64,000 nucleotides of DNA from Thermoanaerobaculia bacterium (GCA_963821225.1 CAWGCY010000007.1:158429-222428), one strand, 5' to 3'. Counted from the first letter of the stretch, positions 21,038 through 31,091 are shown. Numbers and translations: made by a program. Notes: generated by a model not told the origin, from the sequence alone.

Positions 21038-22486
21038 TCAGGGTGCGCCCGAAGCGCGGGCGGCCCGGGTTTCGGCGGCCGGCTTCGCCGCGCGGACACG
21101 CTCGAGAGCGCCGACGGCGGGAGCGAAGTGCGGGTTCCTCTTCAGAAGCGGCTCGAGCTCTTTCTCGGCCTCCTCGTTGCGCCCCAGCTGGTTCAGGCAG
21201 CCGGCCGCGAGGACGCGGCCGAAGTCCTTCGCCGGGTAGTACTCCGTTCCTCCGAGGCCGAACTCCCCTTCCGGCTGCTGCTGGATCCCCCGGAGGAGAG
21301 GGACCGCTTCCTCACACCGGCCGGACCGGGCCGCCGCGATGCCACGGACCATCGCGATGCCTCTCTCGACGTTCTTCTTCTCGTCGTCCGACCCCTTCTC
21401 GAAGGGCACGGTCGTGGACGCGAGCAGGGCGTCGAGGCCCGCCGTCTCACCCTTCAACGCGAGAAGCGCCGCCTTGCAAAAAGCGATGTGGGCGCTGAGC
21501 CGCTCGGCCTCCAATCCCTGCGGGAGGCCGACCGCGTCCGCGGCGAAGAGGTCCCTCTCCCTGCGCGCGGACTCCTCGTCGCCCGCGTCGAGGAGCGCGA
21601 TCGCAGCGTAGAAACGGAAGTCGAGGCGCTGATAGGGCTGGGTGGCATCACCTGCCGCCTTGAGAAAATACTGGGCGGCTTTCGCGGGATTTCCCCTTCC
21701 GATCTCCACGGTCCCGAGGTGACCGTAAGCGGGGAAGAAGTCGCCCTTGACGGCAAGCGCCTTCTTGAGCACGTCCTCGGCTTCGTCGTACCGTCCGACG
21801 AGCGCGTAGAGCTCGCCGAGCGAGTCGAGAGGGTTCGCCTGGTCCGGCGCGAGGAAGCGGTAGCGCTTGAGGTAGTCCTCGGCCTTCGCGAAGTCGCCGC
21901 GCGCCGCGCTCGCATAGCCGAGCACGTTGTAGGCATACGCGTAGTTCGGATTCACCGTGAGGAGCCGCTCGTATTCCGCGAGGGCCTCCGCGGTCCGCTT
22001 CTGGCTCGCCAGGAAGTAGCACCGCATCAGATAGCCCTCGGGATCGTCCGGGAACCGGCGCAGGTACTCGTCGTAGAGAGCGCCGAGGGTCGCGACATCG
22101 CGCTTCCCCCAGCGCTCCTCGTAGATCTTGAGCATGAGCTGCTCGCGCGGCGTGATCGCGTCTCTCGAGCGCGCCGCCGAAGCGAGGAGGGACTTCGCCC
22201 GCTCGGGGTCGCGCCCCCGGATCTTGTCGGCGAGCCGTAGCGTCGCCATGACGAAGTGAGGGTCGTACTGCAGCGCCTTGGCGTACCCCGAGATCGCCTC
22301 GCGCTCGTACAGCTTGATGTCGTTGTCGCGAGCCTCGTTGTAGGCCTTCCGGGCCTCTTCGGAGGACGTCGTGACGTCCCGACGGCTCCTGAGGAAGAAC
22401 GCCGCGGCGGTCCCGGCCGCCGCGAGACCCGTCACCACGAGGACGATGGTGAGCGGGCGCAGGGCGCGACGGGACGCGAACGGCAT
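21038..22486 (-). CDS. Membrane-anchored TPR repeat protein
   Basis: ATG 22486. The N-terminal TM segment is LRPLTIVLVVTGLAAAGTAAAFFL. Multiple TPR-like A/Y/L-patterned repeats follow (AISGYAKALQYDP, ALAEYERLLTVNPNYAYAYNVLG, AEDVLKKALAVKGDF). Confidence 0.75.
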   Translation of the reverse strand: MPFASRRALRPLTIVLVVTGLAAAGTAAAFFLRSRRDVTTSSEEARKAYNEARDNDIKLYEREAISGYAKALQYDPHFVMATLRLADKIRGRDPERAKSLLASAARSRDAITPREQLMLKIYEERWGKRDVATLGALYDEYLRRFPDDPEGYLMRCYFLASQKRTAEALAEYERLLTVNPNYAYAYNVLGYASAARGDFAKAEDYLKRYRFLAPDQANPLDSLGELYALVGRYDEAEDVLKKALAVKGDFFPAYGHLGTVEIGRGNPAKAAQYFLKAAGDATQPYQRLDFRFYAAIALLDAGDEESARRERDLFAADAVGLPQGLEAERLSAHIAFCKAALLALKGETAGLDALLASTTVPFEKGSDDEKKNVERGIAMVRGIAAARSGRCEEAVPLLRGIQQQPEGEFGLGGTEYYPAKDFGRVLAAGCLNQLGRNEEAEKELEPLLKRNPHFAPAVGALERVRAAKPAAETRAARASGAP

Positions 22487-22548
22487 GGAGCCTCCGGAGG
22501 CCGCAGGGGCGGCCCTTCGATGATACGCGCCCCGGGGTGCCGGGGTTT

Positions 22549-25158
22549 TCACCCGATCCGCATCAGGACGAAGGTCTGGTCGTCGTATTGCTCGGCGGCC
22601 TGGGTGAACTGGCGGATGTCCTCGAGAAGCTCGTCGGCGATTTCCGGCAGGGGGCGCCTGGCGTGGCGGACGAACGAAGCTTTGAGCCTTTCGTCCCCGT
22701 ACGGTGCCATTTCGGCGGACATCGCCTCGTTGAGGCCGTCCGTGTAGAAAAGAAGCAGGTCCCCGGGTGAGAGGTAGTGCGTGACGGTGTCGTAGGGAAC
22801 CTCGCGGAAGGCGCCGAGGGGCAGGCGATTCACGGGTGCCGGAATCTCCACCGCGACGCTCGAGCCCGCGCGAACGAGAAGGGGCGTCGGCTGGCCGCCG
22901 AAGGCGTAAGTGAGGGACAGCGTCTTCGGGTCCAGGAGGAAATACGCGAGCGACACGAACATCCTCCGCTTGATGTCGTACAGGCGGCGATTCGACTCGC
23001 GGAACACGACACCGGGATCGGGATCGGCCATCGCCCGGGCGTAGACGATCTCCTTGGCGGCGACCATGAGGAGCGACGCCGGGATCGACTTGCCCGACAC
23101 GTCGCCCACGACGAGGCCGAGTCTCCCGCCAGTGCGCACGTCCCCGTCCACCTCGAGAAAGTCGTAGAAGTCGCCGCCCACGACGCGCGCCGGCCGGCTC
23201 ACGCCGAAGAACGACACGCCCGGCACTCGCGGCAGCTCGCGCGGAAAAAGGCTCGTCTGGATCTCGCGCGCGATGTCGAGATCGCGCTCCATCTCCGCAC
23301 GGCGCGTGAGCTCCTCGTGAAGACCCGCCGCCTCGAGGCCGAGCGCGCCCTGATTCGCGATCGTCAGCAGGTGGTCGAGGTCCTCCCGGGAAAGCTCCTC
23401 CTCGGAGCGCTTGCGCCCGACGGCGAGGAGGCCGAGGAGCTTGCCGTGCGTCGCGAGCGGCAGGACGACCGTGATGCCCCGGCGCTTCGCCTCCGCCACG
23501 AATGCGCGGGAGTCGGCATCGAGCATCCAGCCGTCGAGCTCGCCGAGCCTCACGGGAACTCCCCTCTCGAGGACGAGCCGGGGCAGCACGCCCCCCATCG
23601 GAAGCGCGGGAAGGCCGGCGTCGCCGGTCGTGCCGTCCGTGAAGGCCCCGTCCTCCCCGCGGGGCAGGAGGAGGTCGAGGCTCTCGAGCCGCAGGAGTTC
23701 GGCCGTGCGCGACGTCAGGAGCGCCCGCAGCTTCGGCCTTTCGAGCTGCGACACGACGGAGCGGCTCATCTCCAGGAGCGCCTGCTGGAAGTCCGCGCGG
23801 TCGCGGAAGAACACGCGGTCCACGACGCGCTGCATCCGCCTTCGCAGGGGGTCGAAGAGAAGCACGACGACGAGGCCGAAGCCGAACGCGAACGCCGGAG
23901 ACGAGAACAGCGTCGAGGACGAGACGGTCGAGACGAACGCGTTTCCCGCGACGACGCAGAGCGCGTAGAACCCCGTGACGACGGCCGTCAGGATCGCGTA
24001 GACGAGCGACTTGCGGACGATGACCTCGACGTCGAAGAGCCGGAACCGGACGATCGCGTACGCGAACGTGAGCGGGATGAGCGCCATCGGCACGACGCCC
24101 CAAGCGAGATACCGGTCCTCGCGAAAGAGCGAAGGGAAGAACACGGCGAAGACGACGAACGGCACGATGCCGGCCACGGTTCCGAGCAGGAGGGCGAGGA
24201 TCGGCCGGCGCGCCGCGCGGTCCTCGCTCGTCCACCAGGTGTGCGCGAGCGCGAGGAGGCCGAGGATGAGGTAGTCCGCGAGGAGGATCCAGTTGAGCGT
24301 GGGCGCGCCGTAGATGAGCCGCCGCGGACCTCCGCCGGCTCTCGCTCCCGCCATCTGGAGGACGTAGAGGACGGGCGGCAACGTGTACAGGAGGGTCAGG
24401 AGCAGCGGCGAACGATTGACGAAACGCTGGAGCGCGAAGAGCCACGGCGCCGCAGGCGTCTCGCCGGGCGGCCGGTCGGCGAACCGGAACGTCTTTTTCT
24501 TCGGGAACAGGAGGAAGAAGTGCAGGAAAACCGCCGGCAGCAGGAACAGGGCGAGCGTGCCGGCGACCTGCACGACGTAGTCGATCCAGTAGTAGCTGGA
24601 CGGACGCAGCCGGCAGATGAAGAAGAGCATGAAGAGGATGCAGAGGACGTAGAAGACCTGCACGGCGGGGTCGTCCGCCCGCCGCGAGATCACGAAAGCC
24701 CCGAGGACGAAGAAGAGGAGACCGAGGAACGCGAAGTAGAAGTACGACGCCGAGCCCAGACGGAACGGCGTGAGGACGAGCTTCGTCTCGAAGACGTTGT
24801 CCCCCCGCCTGACGAGGTAGTCGACGGCCTCGCCGGCTCGGTGGCGGCGCAGCTCGGCGGGCGCCTCGGCCGCCTTGTTGAGCATGTGGTGCCCGATGCC
24901 GAGCACCGCGTCCCCCGTCCTGAGACCGGCCTTCTCGGCCGCTCCCCCGGGCACGACGTCCCGGACGAAGATGCCGCCCACGGAGTACGGGTCGGGCACG
25001 ACGCCGTCGTAGGCCTTCGGCATGAACATGTCCACGACGGACAGGACGGCGAGGAGGCAGCCGAGGACCCCGACGAAGACGAGCAGACGCTTCGGCGGAC
25101 CGCCGGGTACGCCGACGGCGCCCTCCGGGCTGGTCGGGTCCGGCGTCACAACCGACAT
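22549..25158 (-). CDS. PDZ - polytopic membrane - GAF - PP2C (SpoIIE-type) phosphatase, 869 aa
   Basis: ATG 25158; the longer ORF form overlaps tmk and is rejected. The PDZ-like segment is GGIFVRDVVPGGAAEKAGLRTGDAVLGI. About 10 hydrophobic helices follow, then a GAF-like region and PP2C motifs GGDFYDF, DVSGKSIPASLL, YTDGLNEA and DDQTFVLMRI. Confidence 0.8.
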   Translation of the reverse strand: MSVVTPDPTSPEGAVGVPGGPPKRLLVFVGVLGCLLAVLSVVDMFMPKAYDGVVPDPYSVGGIFVRDVVPGGAAEKAGLRTGDAVLGIGHHMLNKAAEAPAELRRHRAGEAVDYLVRRGDNVFETKLVLTPFRLGSASYFYFAFLGLLFFVLGAFVISRRADDPAVQVFYVLCILFMLFFICRLRPSSYYWIDYVVQVAGTLALFLLPAVFLHFFLLFPKKKTFRFADRPPGETPAAPWLFALQRFVNRSPLLLTLLYTLPPVLYVLQMAGARAGGGPRRLIYGAPTLNWILLADYLILGLLALAHTWWTSEDRAARRPILALLLGTVAGIVPFVVFAVFFPSLFREDRYLAWGVVPMALIPLTFAYAIVRFRLFDVEVIVRKSLVYAILTAVVTGFYALCVVAGNAFVSTVSSSTLFSSPAFAFGFGLVVVLLFDPLRRRMQRVVDRVFFRDRADFQQALLEMSRSVVSQLERPKLRALLTSRTAELLRLESLDLLLPRGEDGAFTDGTTGDAGLPALPMGGVLPRLVLERGVPVRLGELDGWMLDADSRAFVAEAKRRGITVVLPLATHGKLLGLLAVGRKRSEEELSREDLDHLLTIANQGALGLEAAGLHEELTRRAEMERDLDIAREIQTSLFPRELPRVPGVSFFGVSRPARVVGGDFYDFLEVDGDVRTGGRLGLVVGDVSGKSIPASLLMVAAKEIVYARAMADPDPGVVFRESNRRLYDIKRRMFVSLAYFLLDPKTLSLTYAFGGQPTPLLVRAGSSVAVEIPAPVNRLPLGAFREVPYDTVTHYLSPGDLLLFYTDGLNEAMSAEMAPYGDERLKASFVRHARRPLPEIADELLEDIRQFTQAAEQYDDQTFVLMRIG

Positions 25159-25218
25159 GCGCTGCCTCAGTATACGAACGGCGTGCCAGTATCGTTCCGG
25201 GGCAGGCGCTGAACCTGC

Positions 25219-25890
25219 ATGCGAGAATCCCGCGTCGTGACCCACAGCCTTTTTCTGACTTTCGAGGGGATCGAGGGCTGCGGAAAAACGACCCAGTTGA
25301 ATCGTGCGGCCGAGTGGCTCGTGTCCCGCGGGAGAGTCGTCCTGGCGACCCGGGAGCCCGGCGGAACGGCGCTCGGCCAGCGCCTCCGCCATGCCCTCCT
25401 CCACGCCCGCGAGAACGTCGAGGCGGGAGCCGAGCTGCTCCTCCTCGTCGCCGACCGCCGACAGCACCTCCTCGAGGTGATCGAGCCGGCCCTCGCCGAG
25501 GGGACGGACGTCCTGAGCGACCGGTACATCGACTCGTCGCGCGCGTACCAGGGGGCGGGCCGCGGACTCGGCGAAGATTCCGTGGACGCGCTCCACCGCC
25601 GCTGGTGCCCTCGTGTCCCCGACCGCACGTATCTCTTCGACTGCCCCGTCGAGATTGCGCTCCGACGCGTCGCGCGGCGAAGCGGCGCCGGCAAAGACAA
25701 GATCGAGCGCGAGGAGATCGCTTTCCACAGCCGCGTGAGGGCCGCGTACCGCCGCCAGGCACGAAGCGAGCCGTCGAGATTCCGGGTGCTCGACGCGGCC
25801 GGAACCCCGGATGCCGTCTTCGCGCGCCTCGAGAAAGACCTCGAAACCCTCTTCGCGCCGCGCCGCCCGCGCGCGACGAGGCGACGATGA
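25219..25890 (+). CDS. tmk: Thymidylate (dTMP) kinase
   Basis: P-loop FEGIEGCGKTTQ, TREPGGT, and the DRY-type motif SDRYIDSSRAYQG. Confidence 0.9.
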   Translation: MRESRVVTHSLFLTFEGIEGCGKTTQLNRAAEWLVSRGRVVLATREPGGTALGQRLRHALLHARENVEAGAELLLLVADRRQHLLEVIEPALAEGTDVLSDRYIDSSRAYQGAGRGLGEDSVDALHRRWCPRVPDRTYLFDCPVEIALRRVARRSGAGKDKIEREEIAFHSRVRAAYRRQARSEPSRFRVLDAAGTPDAVFARLEKDLETLFAPRRPRATRRR

Positions 25891-26834
25891 GCCCCGGCTC
25901 CCCTGTCGTCCTTCTGTCCGGGCCGGGCAGCCGCCGGCTCGAGGGGCTGGCGCTCGAGGCCGCTGCCGAGGTCGTCTGCGGGGCCGGATTCGACCCCGAA
26001 TCTCCCGCCGCGCGCCGCGTCTACCGGCGCGAGCATCCCGACCTCATGGTCGCCGCGCCCGAGAGGCGGCGCCGGGTCAACCCCCCGCCGTTCGAGGAGA
26101 CCGAAGGCAAGGAGACGACGCTGCCAACCGCGCTCGTGCGCGCGGTCGCCGCCGACGCGACGCGGCTTCCCTACGAGGCCCCGCGGCGCGCCGTCGTCCT
26201 CCTCGACGTGGACCGCACGGAGAGCGCGGCGTTCAGCGCGCTCCTGAAGATCCTCGAAGAGCCGCCCACGAAGACGCGCTTCATCCTCACCGCAACGCGG
26301 CCGCGTCTGCTCCCTTCCACGATCCTCTCGCGCGTCGCGCTCCGGCCGGTCCCGGGCGGGACGCGCGAGGAGACCGCCGCCGCCTTGAGGAGCCGGGGGA
26401 TGGGCGAGGAGGAAGCCGAGGCGCGCGCGGCGTTCGTGCCGCACGACGCGGATGAAGCTGCCGAGCTGGACGTGGCCGAAGCGCGCGCCACGCGCGACGC
26501 GCTCCTCGAGGCCGTCTCCGGGGTCTTCCTCACGCGCTCGTTATCCTGGTCGCTGGCCCTTGGTACGCTCCTCGGGGCCGAGGACGCTCCCGAGGCCGTC
26601 CGGCGACTCCAGCTCCTCGCGCAGCTCCTGCGCGACGCCGCGGCGGCGCCCCTCGATCCCGCCGGCCGCCACATCCTCTTCCGCGAGCGCTTCGCCGACC
26701 TCGCGCGCCTCGGGGCGGCTCCGGCGGCGGATCTCCTCGACGCGGCATCGGGGGCCCTCGCCCTCGCCGCGAGCCTTACGGACTCCCGCCGCAACGTGAA
26801 GCTGGCGACGGAAGCGTTCGCGCTGGGGCTGTGA
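25887..26834 (+). CDS. holB: DNA polymerase III delta-prime subunit
   Basis: The ATG overlaps the tmk stop (ATGA). Motif ALLKILEEPP, with SRV in place of the sensor motif and a degenerate P-loop as expected for delta-prime. The tmk-holB synteny is classical. Confidence 0.75.
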   Translation: MSPGSPVVLLSGPGSRRLEGLALEAAAEVVCGAGFDPESPAARRVYRREHPDLMVAAPERRRRVNPPPFEETEGKETTLPTALVRAVAADATRLPYEAPRRAVVLLDVDRTESAAFSALLKILEEPPTKTRFILTATRPRLLPSTILSRVALRPVPGGTREETAAALRSRGMGEEEAEARAAFVPHDADEAAELDVAEARATRDALLEAVSGVFLTRSLSWSLALGTLLGAEDAPEAVRRLQLLAQLLRDAAAAPLDPAGRHILFRERFADLARLGAAPAADLLDAASGALALAASLTDSRRNVKLATEAFALGL

Positions 26835-28420
26835 GCGGCAGCTTGATGGGCCGTGTCCGCACGGCCCGCGCGGCTTTGCTCGTCCTGGCTGCTGCCGCCG
26901 CTCTAAGCGCCTGGCGGCTCTACCGAATTCGCAATTACTTCGATTTCTGCGACGAGGCCACCGAGACCACGACCGCGTGGCTCGTCAGTAACGGAGAGAC
27001 TCTGTATGGCAGCGTCTTCTCGCATCACATGCCGCTCGCCGTGATCGTGTCTCACCTCGTCGCGTCGTTGTCGCCGACGGACCATCCGGCGCACTTCCGC
27101 GCTGCGCCGTGGGCGGCTTACGTGCTGATCGCACTGACGATCGCGTTCGGCCCATGCGGCCGGCGGCGACCGGCCGCCGGAGCCATCGCCGGGGCCGCCT
27201 TTCTCGCGGTCGCTTCTCTCCTCGCGCCGCTCCTCTGGGCGCAACTCGCGCTGAACGATGTGTTCTGGGGTGCGGCCTTCGCGATGTTTTTCGTCCTTCT
27301 CCCGCTCCCGCTTCTCTTCGGCGAAGAGCCTCAGCCGATCGACGCGGTCGGCGCGGGCGCCGCCGCCTGCATTTCTCTCGCAGGCTCGCCCTTGGCGGCG
27401 TTCCCGCTCGCGTTCGGCGTCGCGATTTCGGCGCTCCTCACGTCCCGGGGATCGCTCCTCAACCGCGCGGCGGCGTTCTTCGCGGGTGCCGGAGCCGCGG
27501 CGGCATGCGTCGTGGCCTGGCTTCTGCGCTTCGCCGACCTCGGCGGTTTTCGCGAGGAATTTCTCCGGTTCAATCAAGTCTTCTACGCCCGGTTCATGGG
27601 CAACGCCAACTCTTGGGCCGGCATGGCCTACGTATCAGCCGTGGAGTGGGGCGAGTATTTCTCACACGCGGTCCACGACGCCGCCGCCGGCAAGATCCAG
27701 GCCTTGCTCCTGCCGCCGATTCTCCTCGTGATTGCGCTCCTCGTCTTCGCGAGCTTCCACCGGCGAGGCTCTCCCCAAGCGCCTTGGCAGGCGCCGGCCC
27801 TCGCGTCGCTGCTCTCGCTTATGTTCTTCAGCTTGAGGATCCTTAGAGGCGGCGATTTCCGAGCCATTCCGCTGCACATCGCGATGTTCGCCGCGGCGGC
27901 TGTCCTTCCGTGGGGCGGGAGCTTCCCCAGGCCGCGGCTCGTTGCCGCCATTTTGGTCCTGGCCCTCTTTCCCGCCATTTCCACGGCGGTGCGACACGAA
28001 TCTTTTCGGTTCCACGAGGATTCGAGGCTCGCGGCAGACGGCGCATGGCTGCACGCCGCGCGCTACATCGAGGCCCACACGAAACCGGACGAACGAATCG
28101 CCTCCTTTCCGCTCATGCCGAGCGTCTACCTCGAGGCCCGGCGCCGCCCGGCCACGGACTCGGTCTTCTACCTGCCGTGGCAGGCCGCTTGGGAGGCCGC
28201 GACCCCGGGGCGCCCGAGCACGTGTGCGCAACTTCACGCCCACCCTCCGAGCTTCGTTACTTTTCAGGACGGAGCTATCTGGGGCACTTATCCGTGGAAG
28301 GACTATGCCTCGTGTATCGACGCCTTTCTCAAGTCCGACTACGAGCTCGTCGACCGCCCCGAGCTCGGGGGATTGCTCCTGAGAAGGAGGAACACAAACC
28401 AGAATGCGAAGTCGCGCTAG
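26831..28420 (+). CDS. Polytopic membrane protein, GT-C-fold glycosyltransferase-like, with C-terminal soluble domain
   Basis: The GTG overlaps the holB stop (GTGA). There are at least 10 hydrophobic helices, and the first loop carries the acidic motif FDFCDEATE. The family assignment is by architecture only. Confidence 0.55.
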   Translation: MSGSLMGRVRTARAALLVLAAAAALSAWRLYRIRNYFDFCDEATETTTAWLVSNGETLYGSVFSHHMPLAVIVSHLVASLSPTDHPAHFRAAPWAAYVLIALTIAFGPCGRRRPAAGAIAGAAFLAVASLLAPLLWAQLALNDVFWGAAFAMFFVLLPLPLLFGEEPQPIDAVGAGAAACISLAGSPLAAFPLAFGVAISALLTSRGSLLNRAAAFFAGAGAAAACVVAWLLRFADLGGFREEFLRFNQVFYARFMGNANSWAGMAYVSAVEWGEYFSHAVHDAAAGKIQALLLPPILLVIALLVFASFHRRGSPQAPWQAPALASLLSLMFFSLRILRGGDFRAIPLHIAMFAAAAVLPWGGSFPRPRLVAAILVLALFPAISTAVRHESFRFHEDSRLAADGAWLHAARYIEAHTKPDERIASFPLMPSVYLEARRRPATDSVFYLPWQAAWEAATPGRPSTCAQLHAHPPSFVTFQDGAIWGTYPWKDYASCIDAFLKSDYELVDRPELGGLLLRRRNTNQNAKSR

Positions 28421-28504
28421 AAAAACCCCGATACGATCTTCTCGATCGCGTCGCTCCAGCGCGCCGCGCTCGTTCTCAACATGCGGCTTTCGTACACCTC
28501 GGCC
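28417..28504 (-). pseudogene. Remnant of a glycosyltransferase 3' end (paralogue of the C-terminus of gene 31001..32074)
   Basis: The minus strand encodes ...AEVYESRMLRTSAARWSDAIEKIVSGFF*, against ...AEVHESRMLRANAVRWSEAIEKIVPGFFG* at 31001-31091. I count about 11 mismatches in an 85-nt core by hand. No upstream GT body is present. Confidence 0.6.
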
Positions 28505-30274
28505 CTTACCGCTGGGGCTGTGAGCACCGACGAGGCGCCGGTCTCTCGCGGCGCAAAGGCCGTCTCTCTCCTCCTTGCGCTCCTCCCGCCGGTGCGCATG
28601 GCTTGGATCGTCTTCACGTATGGCGAGAACAACGTCTCGAACGACTACGCCAATCGCGCCTCTCTCGTCACCTCCCTGCTCGACGGGACCTGCACTCTCG
28701 GAAGGTTCGTCCGGGAGGCGAAGATCGGACATGAACATTCCACGCTCGCCCTGATCCCGATCTACTACCTGAACGCGCGGCTCTTCGCGTGGGACGTCCG
28801 CGTGGAGCTGGCACTCGGCCTCCTGATCGCCGGGACAACGCTCGCACTGATCGCGGCGGCCCTTCCCTCGCGGGTGCGGTGGGCGCTCCTTCCGCTCCTC
28901 TCGCTCCTCCTCTTCTCCACGACGAAAGTCTCGAGCTTCACGTTCGGCGAGTCGACGCTCCAGATGGGACTCGCCCAGCTCGGCGTTGCTATGGGCGCGT
29001 TCGGCTTCGCGAGATGGGGCGATCGCCCGCTCGCTCTCGCCGCATGGATGGCGGCCGGCGGCGCGCTGGCTTCGTGGTCGTGGGGTGGCGGGATCATGGC
29101 GTGGCCCGTCTTCGTTGCTGCCCTCGCAGTCGGGCGCGTACGCAGCATCGCGGCGTGGTCCGTCCTCGCGTGCGGCGCGGCGGCCGGCCTCGCTCAGTAC
29201 GCGTGGCTCCTGCGCTGGGGAAAGCTCCGCGCCTCCGTTGGCCCCGTTTCCTGGAGCTCGAAATGCAGACTTGTCCTCGATCTTCTCGGCCGCCCTTTCG
29301 CGAACGGTATCGCTCACGCCGACCTGAATCCCTGGTCACAAGCGGCCGGCGCAATCGGCCTGCTCTTCCTCGGCGCGGTGCTGATTGCATTCCGAACGGG
29401 CCTCCGTGCGCGCCCAGCCCCTCTTCTTCTGGCTGGATGGACGTTACTCGTGGCCGTCCAAATCGCGACGTTTCGGGCGGTCGTCGCGTCCTGGTACGCG
29501 TCTCCGATGGCCCTCTTCTGGGCGGCGCTGCTCATGCTTCTCGCCGCCGCGCCCACTCCTTTTCGCGCGGGAGGAATTCTCGTCATTGCTCTCTTGACGC
29601 TGAGAGTGCAACTCACTTGGGAGGACAAGTCCTTCTACCTTCCGTCACGAGCGCCCGTTTCCGCTTCCTGCTTGAGGGAATGGCGGACAGCGCCACCCGA
29701 GTGTCATGCCCGAGTCTTTCAGTGGGGAGAGGAGGGCCGAGGAAATGAGCTGGCGGTCCTCGGCGACACGTTGGAGCGGCACCGGCTGTCCGTCTTCGGC
29801 CCGCGCCGCACCTACCTCCTTCAGGGGGACGTCGCCGTGGGCCGTGTGACCGTCGACACGCCCGACCATCGCCCGTTTTTCTCGCGCGACGGCGTCGCGC
29901 CCGCCGACCCGAACGACTTCCACCGCCTCGACCTCGTACTCGCCCCCGGCGCCTCCATGGCGTGGCGCGTCGACCTCCCTCCCGGCACGCGCCACGCCAC
30001 GTTCCTGACGGTCGCCCGGGCAGCTCCGGGCGACCCGCAGCTCGGGCGCGGCGCGCGTGTCTCGGTCACGGCCGAAGGCTCGCCGCCGGTCCTCCTCGAC
30101 GCACGCGCGTTTCTCCCCCGCGATACGGCGTGGCCCCTGTCGCTCGACCTCTCGTCCCTGGCAGGAAAAAGCCTCACGCTGCACCTCGCCGGCGAGGAGA
30201 CGCAATCGGGTGCAACGCCGCTCATCTTCGAGGCGCCGAAAATCGAACTCCGCACAGAAGACCTGCGAAATTGA
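28481..30274 (+). CDS. Polytopic membrane protein with C-terminal beta-rich extracytoplasmic domain (possible GT-C-like)
   Basis: At least 10 hydrophobic helices are followed by a roughly 200-aa soluble tail. The listed ATG lies inside the GT-remnant repeat, so the true start may be further downstream. Confidence 0.55.
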   Translation: MRLSYTSALTAGAVSTDEAPVSRGAKAVSLLLALLPPVRMAWIVFTYGENNVSNDYANRASLVTSLLDGTCTLGRFVREAKIGHEHSTLALIPIYYLNARLFAWDVRVELALGLLIAGTTLALIAAALPSRVRWALLPLLSLLLFSTTKVSSFTFGESTLQMGLAQLGVAMGAFGFARWGDRPLALAAWMAAGGALASWSWGGGIMAWPVFVAALAVGRVRSIAAWSVLACGAAAGLAQYAWLLRWGKLRASVGPVSWSSKCRLVLDLLGRPFANGIAHADLNPWSQAAGAIGLLFLGAVLIAFRTGLRARPAPLLLAGWTLLVAVQIATFRAVVASWYASPMALFWAALLMLLAAAPTPFRAGGILVIALLTLRVQLTWEDKSFYLPSRAPVSASCLREWRTAPPECHARVFQWGEEGRGNELAVLGDTLERHRLSVFGPRRTYLLQGDVAVGRVTVDTPDHRPFFSRDGVAPADPNDFHRLDLVLAPGASMAWRVDLPPGTRHATFLTVARAAPGDPQLGRGARVSVTAEGSPPVLLDARAFLPRDTAWPLSLDLSSLAGKSLTLHLAGEETQSGATPLIFEAPKIELRTEDLRN

Positions 30275-30307
30275 ACGCCCGGGACCCCGGACGATAATGG
30301 CGGCACG

Positions 30308-30970
30308 ATGGCGAGACTGAGGATCGACCTGGGCTGCGGGGACAAGAAGAAGGACGGGACCATCGGGCTCGATATCCTGCCGGGCCCCGGCGTCGACCAG
30401 GTCGTCGACCTCCTGAACGCCCGCCTCCCGTTTCCCGACCGGAGCGTCGCGTACGTCCACTCCTCGCATTTCTTGGAGCACGTCAAGGACCCGACCGTTC
30501 TCTTCGCCGAGATCACGCGCGTCGCAGAGGACGGCGCGACTCTCGAGTTCTGGACTCCCTACGCGTGGGAGAACTCGGCGTTCATCATCGACCACAAGAT
30601 GTTCTTCAACGAGGACCACTACCTTCACATCTGCGTGTGGTTCGTGGACTTCTGGGAGAACATCCTGCACGCGCGCTGGCTGCTCCGCGAGATCACGTAT
30701 GTGATTCACCCGGACGTCGCGATCGACCTCCACAGAAGGCGCATCCCCGTCGAGCACGCGCTCAGGCTCTACAAGGGCGTCGTCCGCGAGTGGGGAGTTC
30801 GACTGGAGGTGCGTCGCGACAAGCCGCCCCCTGAGTCGCGCCCGCTCCGCTCGATCGCGCTCGAGCGCGAGGGGAAGCGCTGGCGGCTCGAACAGATCGA
30901 CGTGTCGACGGGCCGCTACGCAGGCGAGGACGTCGGGGCCGCGATGGAGTGGCTCAGCGCATCGCGCTGA
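30308..30970 (+). CDS. Class I SAM-dependent methyltransferase
   Basis: Motif I RIDLGCGDKK, then HSSHFLEHV (type-11-like). Confidence 0.7.
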   Translation: MARLRIDLGCGDKKKDGTIGLDILPGPGVDQVVDLLNARLPFPDRSVAYVHSSHFLEHVKDPTVLFAEITRVAEDGATLEFWTPYAWENSAFIIDHKMFFNEDHYLHICVWFVDFWENILHARWLLREITYVIHPDVAIDLHRRRIPVEHALRLYKGVVREWGVRLEVRRDKPPPESRPLRSIALEREGKRWRLEQIDVSTGRYAGEDVGAAMEWLSASR

Positions 30971-31000
30971 CGGCCGACCGAAACGAGGACCTCGCGCCCT

Positions 31001-31091
31001 CTAGCCGAAAAATCCCGGCACGATCTTCTCGATCGCTTCGCTCCAGCGCACCGCGTTCGCCCTCAGCATGCGGCTTTCGTGTACCTCGGCC
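31001..31091. repeat. Direct-repeat partner of 28417-28504 (functional GT 3' end)
   Basis: Hand alignment of the two segments, which lie in the same orientation 2.58 kb apart. Confidence 0.8.

Noticed and set aside
25173-25188. TGGCACGCCGTTCGTA on the minus strand upstream of the PDZ-PP2C operon (perfect -24 half).
   Set aside because: The -12 element reads TCGT instead of TTGC, so the conserved GC dinucleotide is lost. The site overlaps a TATACT -10-like hexamer that is an equally good explanation. Kept only as a weak possibility.
21038-25762. N-terminal extensions of listed ORFs that would create giant or fused proteins. Examples: 21038..25762, 22549..25728, 15649..19533, 10783..13668, 36494..38737, 40496..42178, 45689..47560, 59162..60637, 25314..26834.
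   Set aside because: The upstream parts are Arg/Pro-rich read-through of neighbouring genes in other frames. Internal starts coincide with signal peptides, SD sequences or 4-nt stop/start overlaps.
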